This document shows, one piece after another, positions 34,396 through 40,038 of a DNA stretch of 40,038 nt; the first letter of the stretch is position 1, and each line of letters starts with the position of its first letter. Position numbers and translations under genes: made by a program. Location of the stretch: NCBI GenBank assembly GCA_964483045.1, contig CAYZZK010000001.1:1-40038 (forward strand), written 5' to 3'. Source of the DNA: an uncultured Candidatus Saccharibacteria bacterium. GTDB taxonomy: Bacteria; Patescibacteriota; Minisyncoccia; UBA6257; 2-01-FULL-56-20. The notes under the pieces are model-generated. The model was not told where the DNA came from, did no database searches, and worked only from the letters and a program-made list of their open reading frames with translations.

Positions 34396-35607
34396 ATGAA
34401 GTTCAAATACAAAGCAAAAACCAAGGAAGGCGAGATGCAGGTTGGTTTCGTGGAGGCGGGAAGCCGCGGTACCGCGGCGAATATTTTATCGGGGCACGAT
34501 TTATTCGTTCTGTCGCTGGAATCCGCGGAGAAAACCCGCTGGTACGATATCCTACTTAGTTATTTCAACCGCGTCAGACGGAAAGACATGGTGGTTTTCA
34601 CGCGCCAGCTCGCCGTGCTTCTGGAAGCGCGCCTGCCCTTGAATTCCGCCCTTCGAAATTTGTACGAGCAAACGGGGAACAAGACGCTCCAGAACACCAT
34701 CTTCCAAATGGCCGAAGACATCGACGCCGGCCTTTCCTTTTCTCAGACGATGGAACGGCAAGGAGATATTTTCCCGGAATTTTACGTCGAGATGGTGCGG
34801 GCGGCGGAGGTCACCGGCAACTTAAACGAGATTTGCGGATTTTTGGCGGACTACACGGAAAAGGAAGCGATTCTCGTGGGCAAGGCAGTCTCCGCGATGA
34901 TTTATCCGCTCATCCTCGTGGTGCTTTTTATCGTCGTCGCTTTAATCATGGTTGTGTTTGTGTTTCCCCAAATCAAGCCGATATTCGTGGAATCGGGCGT
35001 GGAGCTCCCGCTGCTCACGAAAATTCTGTTGAATTCGGGAGATTTTTTGACGAAATGGTGGTTTGCGGTGGCGATCACCGCGGGCGCTTTCGCGGCAATA
35101 TTTTTTGAGTATATCCGCACCGAAGAGGGGCGTGCGATTTTCGACGATGCTAAAATAAAGCTCCCGCTCGTAAACAAAATATACCTGCCGATGGTTATCG
35201 CCAGGTTTTCGAGCGCGGCGCAGCTTCTTATCCACGGCGGAATCCCGATCGCGCAGGCCGTCGAAATCATCGGGCACATGGTGGGGAATGTGCTTTACCG
35301 GGATATTATGCACGAGGTCGCGGAGAATCTCCGGCAGGGGGAACTCCTGTCGAAAAGCATCGCCAAGTACCCCGATTATTTCCCGCCGCTGGTTTCCCAC
35401 ATGGTGGCGGTCGGCGAAACGACGGGGCGGATCGAACAGATCTTTGGCCGCCTCGCGACGTTCTACGGCCGCGAAGCGGACGAAACCATCGGCCGCATAG
35501 TCGAACTTGTCCAGCCGCTCCTCTTGATCTGCATCGGCGTCGCCGTGGCGTTCCTCTTCGCCGCCATACTGATGCCTATTTTCAAACTAACCCAGAGCAT
35601 ACATTAA
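34396..35607 (+). CDS. pilC: Type IV pilus platform protein PilC (T2SS F family)
   Basis: Two T2SSF repeats, 3 TM segments. 403 aa. Confidence 0.9.
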   Translation: MKFKYKAKTKEGEMQVGFVEAGSRGTAANILSGHDLFVLSLESAEKTRWYDILLSYFNRVRRKDMVVFTRQLAVLLEARLPLNSALRNLYEQTGNKTLQNTIFQMAEDIDAGLSFSQTMERQGDIFPEFYVEMVRAAEVTGNLNEICGFLADYTEKEAILVGKAVSAMIYPLILVVLFIVVALIMVVFVFPQIKPIFVESGVELPLLTKILLNSGDFLTKWWFAVAITAGAFAAIFFEYIRTEEGRAIFDDAKIKLPLVNKIYLPMVIARFSSAAQLLIHGGIPIAQAVEIIGHMVGNVLYRDIMHEVAENLRQGELLSKSIAKYPDYFPPLVSHMVAVGETTGRIEQIFGRLATFYGREADETIGRIVELVQPLLLICIGVAVAFLFAAILMPIFKLTQSIH

Positions 35608-35731
35608 TTATAGTAGACAGAATATAGATGTTAGCGTAGGGCGATAGTGAATATGATATACTATATGCATGGCTATAATGTTGTTCATGGGCCACAAAGG
35701 TCGAACAGGTTTAACCAGTCTTTATTAAAAG

Positions 35732-36259
35732 ATGTTTCGAAAAAAAGAAGGTTTTACGCTTATTGAATTGCTCGTCGTTATCGCGATTATCGCCATTCTC
35801 GCCTCAATCGCGCTTATAAGTCTTGCGCCGGCACAGCGCGCAGGCCGGGACGCGCGGAGAATCGCCGACTTGCGGCAGGTGCAGTCTATCTTGCAGCTCT
35901 ATTACAACAAATGCGGCTATTATCCGGGGCCCGGTGCGGCACCAGGTACCACATGCCCGGATGTTAATGACGCTACGGCAACCAATCATGTTCCTGCGGC
36001 CACTCCTAGCTGGAACGAGACTACGGGATTGGCCGATGTGTTGGCAGAGACAGGAATTATTACCTCTGCTGCTCAACTGCCAAATGATCCAATTGCAAGC
36101 CCGAGTAGGGGCTACTCATATGCGCGCAACGCAGATGGGACTTCGTACGCTTTGGCGGCTCAACTTGAAACAGATAATAGTGTGCTTAGAACGGACGTTG
36201 ACGGCGGCAATGTTTTCGGTTTGAATTGTGACGACCCTGTTTACTGCGTTCAGTTCTAG
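35732..36259 (+). CDS. Type IV pilin (prepilin with N-terminal methylation motif)
   Basis: MFRKKEG/FTLIELLVVIAIIAILA class III signal peptide. C-terminal Cys pair. Confidence 0.9.
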   Translation: MFRKKEGFTLIELLVVIAIIAILASIALISLAPAQRAGRDARRIADLRQVQSILQLYYNKCGYYPGPGAAPGTTCPDVNDATATNHVPAATPSWNETTGLADVLAETGIITSAAQLPNDPIASPSRGYSYARNADGTSYALAAQLETDNSVLRTDVDGGNVFGLNCDDPVYCVQF

Positions 36260-36287
36260 TTTTGGAATTAACTGCGGTCGTTCCAAG

Positions 36288-36320
36288 AAGGCCTCCTATT
36301 GTGGGGCCTTTTTGTTTTCG
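36288..36320 (+). terminator. Intrinsic terminator/attenuator after the pilin gene
   Basis: AAGGCCTC-CTATTGT-GGGGCCTT followed by TTTGTTTT. Confidence 0.65.
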
Positions 36321-36378
36321 AGCCGTTCCCGGTCTCTTGTCTTTGCGGCAATGGGGTTTACCCGCGCCTCCCGCGGGG

Positions 36379-36384
36379 TATAAT
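36379..36384 (+). promoter_or_regulatory. -10 box (GCGGGGTATAAT context) 8 nt upstream of the pilD ATG
   Basis: TATAAT at 36379-36384, ATG at 36393. Confidence 0.5.
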
Positions 36385-36392
36385 TGATACAA

Positions 36393-37253
36393 ATGAATGC
36401 GCTGCTTTTTATTTTTGGCGCGGCTCTGGGAAGCTTCATAAATGTGCTGGGAGTCCGCTATGATCCGGAGCGTTTTATTCTGGATACGCAGAGCATCGGC
36501 GGGAGGTCTCGTTGTCCGTGGTGCTTGAACACCTTGCGGTGGTTCGAGCTTGTGCCGATCATAAGCTTTTTGATCCAGCGCGGACGTTGCCGGAGATGCG
36601 GTGGCCGCATCAGTTTAGAGTATCCGCTTGTGGAGATTGCGGCCGGCTTGATTTGCGTTTTCGTTCCGTGGCGGGTTTCGGAGGCGCAAATTTTCAATTT
36701 TCAATTTTCAATTAGCAATTATTTCCCTTCAATTCTATGGATTCTCGTATTCTTGACGCTTCTCCTCATTGTACTCATAGATAAGCGGCTCTATATCATT
36801 CCCGACGAGGCAAGTATTTTTTTGGGGTTTTTGGGCGCAGCAATCACATTTCTCACGGCGTTGCGCGGCGGAAGTGCATCCTCTTTTATTGGGAGTTACG
36901 CGTTTTTTTTCGGATTTCCCGAGAATATCTGGATTAACCATGTCTTTGCCGCTCTCGCCGCCGGAGCGCTTTTCGCTTTTATCATTGCACTTACGCGAGG
37001 CAAGGGGATGGGGGTGGGAGATTTGAAGCTCGTCATTCCGCTCGGATTTATATTCGGCTGGCCCGATATCGTTCTCATTGTCGCACTCAGCTTTATTATC
37101 GGAGCCGTGTATGGCATTTTCGCGATGGCCCTCGGCAAAAAGAGCCTAAAAAGCGCGGTGCCATTCGGGCCGTTCCTTGTTTTCGCGTCGCTCATAATTT
37201 TTTTCTGGGGACAGGAGGCGGTCGGTCTGTATATGCGCGTACTCGGCATGTAA
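36393..37253 (+). CDS. pilD: Prepilin peptidase PilD (A24 aspartic peptidase)
   Basis: N-terminal CPWC...CRRC zinc motif, catalytic IIPDE and GMGVGDLKL motifs. The track start at 36384 is a TTG inside the -10 box; the ATG at 36393 is preferred. Confidence 0.9.
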   Translation: MNALLFIFGAALGSFINVLGVRYDPERFILDTQSIGGRSRCPWCLNTLRWFELVPIISFLIQRGRCRRCGGRISLEYPLVEIAAGLICVFVPWRVSEAQIFNFQFSISNYFPSILWILVFLTLLLIVLIDKRLYIIPDEASIFLGFLGAAITFLTALRGGSASSFIGSYAFFFGFPENIWINHVFAALAAGALFAFIIALTRGKGMGVGDLKLVIPLGFIFGWPDIVLIVALSFIIGAVYGIFAMALGKKSLKSAVPFGPFLVFASLIIFFWGQEAVGLYMRVLGM

Positions 37254-37273
37254 ATTAGTCGATATATTATGCG

Positions 37274-37372
37274 AATAACAGCGGGGTTTTGCGGTCGGAT
37301 ATTTTCTTTGTTAGAAAATTCCTCTGCCTCGCGCCGTCGCGCTCCGGATGACCGCAAAACCCCGCTGTTATT
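37274..37372. repeat. 23-bp perfect inverted repeat flanking a 53-nt segment
   Basis: AATAACAGCGGGGTTTTGCGGTC (37274-37296) is the exact reverse complement of 37350-37372. Confidence 0.9.
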
Positions 37373-37401
37373 TGTTGTTCACTGTGTAGTAGAATAAAGT
37401 A

Positions 37402-37983
37402 ATGAGGAAAGGATTTACCCTTCTCGAGCTTTTTATCGTTATTGCAATAACAGTTATGATATCGGCCCTCGCGATTTCTTATAAAAGCTCCACGCAGCAG
37501 CAGATCGGTTTGTACGTCGAGGTTCAGAAGTTGGCCGAATTGATACTTCGGGCAAAATCTCTTGCCATTTCGACGTACAATAACCCCGGGGAGGCGCTGC
37601 CTCAAAATGAAGTCATTTGCGGGTACGGCGTAAATATCGATTACGCCCGCAACGGGTACGAACTTTTTTCGTACCGGGTAAACTTGCAACAGCTAAACCA
37701 GGGCTGTGAAGGCATCAACACAATTAAAAATAATCCACCCCGCTTCAATATGGTCACGATTTCGAGCCACGACGTCGCGCCGGGCGTCGTCATTTTGGAC
37801 GGGGGCCACAACGACAGCATTTATAAAGTGTTTTTCGTGCCTCCGAATCCCGTCACGCTGATTGGCACTCGGGATGTAAACGGAGCCGTCGGCAAACAAT
37901 CTGGCAAAATCTACCTTACCACCAAAGACGCCTCGCTGACGGGGACAATATATGTAAGCGAGATCGGGCAAGTAGATTTTTAG
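37402..37983 (+). CDS. Minor pilin / pseudopilin
   Basis: MRKG/FTLLELFIVIAITVMI prepilin motif. TAGAAT at 37390-37395, 6 nt before the ATG. Confidence 0.8.
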   Translation: MRKGFTLLELFIVIAITVMISALAISYKSSTQQQIGLYVEVQKLAELILRAKSLAISTYNNPGEALPQNEVICGYGVNIDYARNGYELFSYRVNLQQLNQGCEGINTIKNNPPRFNMVTISSHDVAPGVVILDGGHNDSIYKVFFVPPNPVTLIGTRDVNGAVGKQSGKIYLTTKDASLTGTIYVSEIGQVDF

Positions 37984-38066
37984 CCATGTGCATGTTACGG
38001 GGCATTCGGCTATGAGATTATGCGAAGCAGGGAATATTTTTGGGAATAAAATTTAACTCCAGACGC

Positions 38067-38597
38067 ATGGCAAAAACAAGCACCAGAAAAGGGCAATCAC
38101 TTGTCGAGACAATCGTGGCTTTAAGCGTCCTTATTATCGGATTTATGGGGCTTATCGCGCTGCTCTCGCGATCTTTCGCCGCGAGCAATTTCGTTTCGGA
38201 AAACTATATAGCGACGTACCTGGCGTCCGAGGGGATTGAGGTGGTAAAAAATTTAATTGATCATAATCGCAAGCTGGGTGAACAAGGCGAACTAATTGCC
38301 TGGAATGAAGGGCTTGTCAATAACTGCCCGTGCGAAGTCGAGTGGTCGAGCACGGGCTTGCTTACATCGGAGAACCGAAGATTGTGGCTTGACCCCGCAA
38401 CCGGTTTATATAGTTACCGAGCGGGAGGGGTGCTTACGAAATTTGTCCGGACAGTAGGCATCGAGCTGGTCGACTCCGACCACTTGAGAGTGGTTTCCGT
38501 CGTGAAGTGGGATTCTTCGGGCGGAATTACCGGTGTGTCCATCCATTCGGAAGTGAATCTCGAAGATCATTTTTTTAATCCAAATTATGTTCCATAG
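38067..38597 (+). CDS. Minor pilin / pseudopilin (PilV-like)
   Basis: MAKTSTRKG/QSLVETIVALSVLIIGF prepilin-like leader with Glu5. The track start at 38040 is a TTG. Confidence 0.65.
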   Translation: MAKTSTRKGQSLVETIVALSVLIIGFMGLIALLSRSFAASNFVSENYIATYLASEGIEVVKNLIDHNRKLGEQGELIAWNEGLVNNCPCEVEWSSTGLLTSENRRLWLDPATGLYSYRAGGVLTKFVRTVGIELVDSDHLRVVSVVKWDSSGGITGVSIHSEVNLEDHFFNPNYVP

Positions 38598-39198
38598 AGA
38601 AGTGAAAAAAAATTCGCATATCCGGGGTTTATCCTGCGCCACTTCGTGGCGAAGCGGTGACGGGTTTACCCTCATCGAACTCGTCGTATCCATGGCCATT
38701 TTCATTGTCATTTTGACGATTGCCGTCGGAGGATTTGTGGGCGCTTTGCGCTCGCAACGGCAGGTTGCCGCGCTTATTTCCGCGAATAACAACGTCTCTC
38801 TCGCGCTTGAGCAGATGGCCCGAGAAATACGCACGGGGAGAAATTTTTGTTATCCTTCATGCGCCGCGGGCGAACTGGCATTTACTAATGCACGGGGGGA
38901 GCTGGTGACGTATCGAAAGAGCCCGAGCGGCGCTACCATAGAGCGGGGGGTTTCTACGGACGGCGGCTCTACATATGATTTCCAACCGATTACCGGCCGA
39001 AATGCCTTCGTGTGGAGCTTGAACTTTTTTTTGAGCGGGCAGGGAGGCCCTGCCGATCCTCTCGGAGATGATCCAAGCGTTGACCGGTGGCCGACGCGGG
39101 TTGCGATTGCGGTCAGTGTGAGCGCGAAAGAAACGGGCGTATCGGAAGGAGTCATTCGTCTTCAAACAACCATCAGCTCGCGACAGGACGACGAATGA
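38587..39198 (+). CDS. Minor pilin / pseudopilin (PilW-like)
   Basis: ...SGDG/FTLIELVVSMAIFIVILT prepilin motif after an unusually long leader. Overlaps the previous gene by 11 nt. Confidence 0.65.
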   Translation: MFHREVKKNSHIRGLSCATSWRSGDGFTLIELVVSMAIFIVILTIAVGGFVGALRSQRQVAALISANNNVSLALEQMAREIRTGRNFCYPSCAAGELAFTNARGELVTYRKSPSGATIERGVSTDGGSTYDFQPITGRNAFVWSLNFFLSGQGGPADPLGDDPSVDRWPTRVAIAVSVSAKETGVSEGVIRLQTTISSRQDDE

Positions 39199-39238
39199 TA
39201 AAATCCAAAGTATCTTAACTGTTAAACTGATGAGCTAT

Positions 39239-40038
39239 ATGAATAATAAAAGAGCAAAAATAAAAGGATATGCCGGCCCGCTTCGTACGCGCGAGCGTTC
39301 TGGGCAGGCGATTCTTTTGGTGGTGCTGGCCATCGGAGGCGCGATGCTTAGCGCGACGACCATCGCGGGATTTCTCGTTAACATCCAATTGCAGCAGGTA
39401 GGAGATGTGGCGAACTCGGCGAAGGCGATTTTCGCAGCGGATGCCGGAGTCAACTGCGCACTCTACGACTTCAACCACCCGAGCGCTCCGACGTGTTTCA
39501 ATGATACGGGAAGGATTGACCTCGTAAACCGCGCCAATGCCGAATTCCTTTGCTACAGAGATGACTCGTTCGCCGCATCATCGATTGTCTTGTGTGCTAA
39601 CCAATCTTCAACGATCATTTTGTCAAAGGGAACTTCCGGAACCACAAAGCGCGCCTTTCTTTACACTATTTTGCCTTCCGGCCCCTTGCCTGTTCCTAGC
39701 AACACACTTGCGGTTACTCGCAGCGGCGGAACCGGCGCGGGCACCGTAGTCTCCTCGCCTGCAGGAATCGATTGCGGAAGCACCTGCGTCGCGCCTTTTC
39801 CGGAGGGGTCAGTTATTGGGCTTACGCCAACACCTGCCCAGGGGTCGATTTTCACCCGCTGGGAGGGAGCGTGTTCGGGCAGCGGCGCCTGCTCGGTTAT
39901 TTTGAATACCGATCTGACGGTCAATGCGGTTTTTACGCGAATGAATGTCCTTACTGTAACTATCGCCCGGACGGGGTCCGGCAATGGCAGGGTTAGCTCG
40001 TCGGACGGGAGTATTAGTAATTGCACCGCAACCTGCAC
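39239..40038 (+). CDS. PilX-N-like protein with tandem InlB-B-repeat-like Cys-containing domains (partial, runs off the window)
   Basis: Open frame from the ATG at 39239 to the window end; my manual translation found no stop. It is absent from the ORF track. N-terminus GQAILLVVLAIGGAMLSATTIAG. Repeats of the type GxGxVxSSPxGIDCGSTCxxxFxxGSxxxLTxxPxxGSxFxxWxGxCSG. Confidence 0.7.
   Translation, partial: MNNKRAKIKGYAGPLRTRERSGQAILLVVLAIGGAMLSATTIAGFLVNIQLQQVGDVANSAKAIFAADAGVNCALYDFNHPSAPTCFNDTGRIDLVNRANAEFLCYRDDSFAASSIVLCANQSSTIILSKGTSGTTKRAFLYTILPSGPLPVPSNTLAVTRSGGTGAGTVVSSPAGIDCGSTCVAPFPEGSVIGLTPTPAQGSIFTRWEGACSGSGACSVILNTDLTVNAVFTRMNVLTVTIARTGSGNGRVSSSDGSISNCTATC

Noticed and set aside
37267-37689. 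A 140-aa minus-strand ORF spanning the 23-bp inverted repeat and the start of the minor-pilin gene.
   Set aside because: It is antisense to a pilin gene with a clear prepilin motif and runs through a perfect palindrome, so it is an artefactual frame.

Overview
The 40 kb window looks like a streamlined bacterial chromosome segment, probably CPR/Patescibacteria-like. That placement is an inference from gene content: a secretin-less type IV pilus locus, a giant peptidoglycan-binding surface protein, an O-antigen-ligase/TPR protein, sparse metabolism, and low-complexity in-frame inserts in conserved enzymes. No rRNA genes or CRISPR arrays were seen. Gene order: HAD-IIB phosphatase; PurM-like protein; YkuK-like protein and a DEDD exonuclease; a diversity-generating retroelement (DGR) at about 3.6-6.2 kb; a CysK-like/rhodanese fusion and a CooC-like ATPase, divergent from a Fur-family regulator and a NifS-like cysteine desulfurase; HtrA; ClpB; a membrane protein; a sugar nucleotidyltransferase; a DeoR-HTH regulator; a 1138-aa surface protein; an O-antigen-ligase/TPR protein; HU; an ECF sigma operon; tRNA-Gly(GCC) and tRNA-Arg(GCG); then a contiguous competence/type IV pilus locus (comFC, pilM, pilN-like, pilO-like, pilB, pilT, pilC, pilin, pilD, three minor pilins). 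A PilX-like/InlB-B-repeat CDS runs off the 3' end of the window and is missing from the ORF track. The main result is the DGR. A 124-nt template repeat (TR) differs from the 3' end of the target gene (VR) at 19 positions, and every one is an adenine in the TR. It is accompanied by an RT with YADD and the DGR-type SQ..N motif, and by an Avd-like four-helix-bundle gene. The layout is non-canonical: avd is inverted between TR and RT, and a G9 tract sits in the avd/RT divergent spacer. Secondary observations: paired 7-1-7 Fur-box-like operators; heptanucleotide x3 in-frame repeats inside nifS and pilD; a 19-nt duplication of the tRNA-Gly 3' end; a 23-bp perfect inverted repeat inside the pilus operon; a dense GGCAAT/ATTGCC motif cluster; and -10 boxes placed 6-8 nt from start codons, suggesting leaderless mRNAs.
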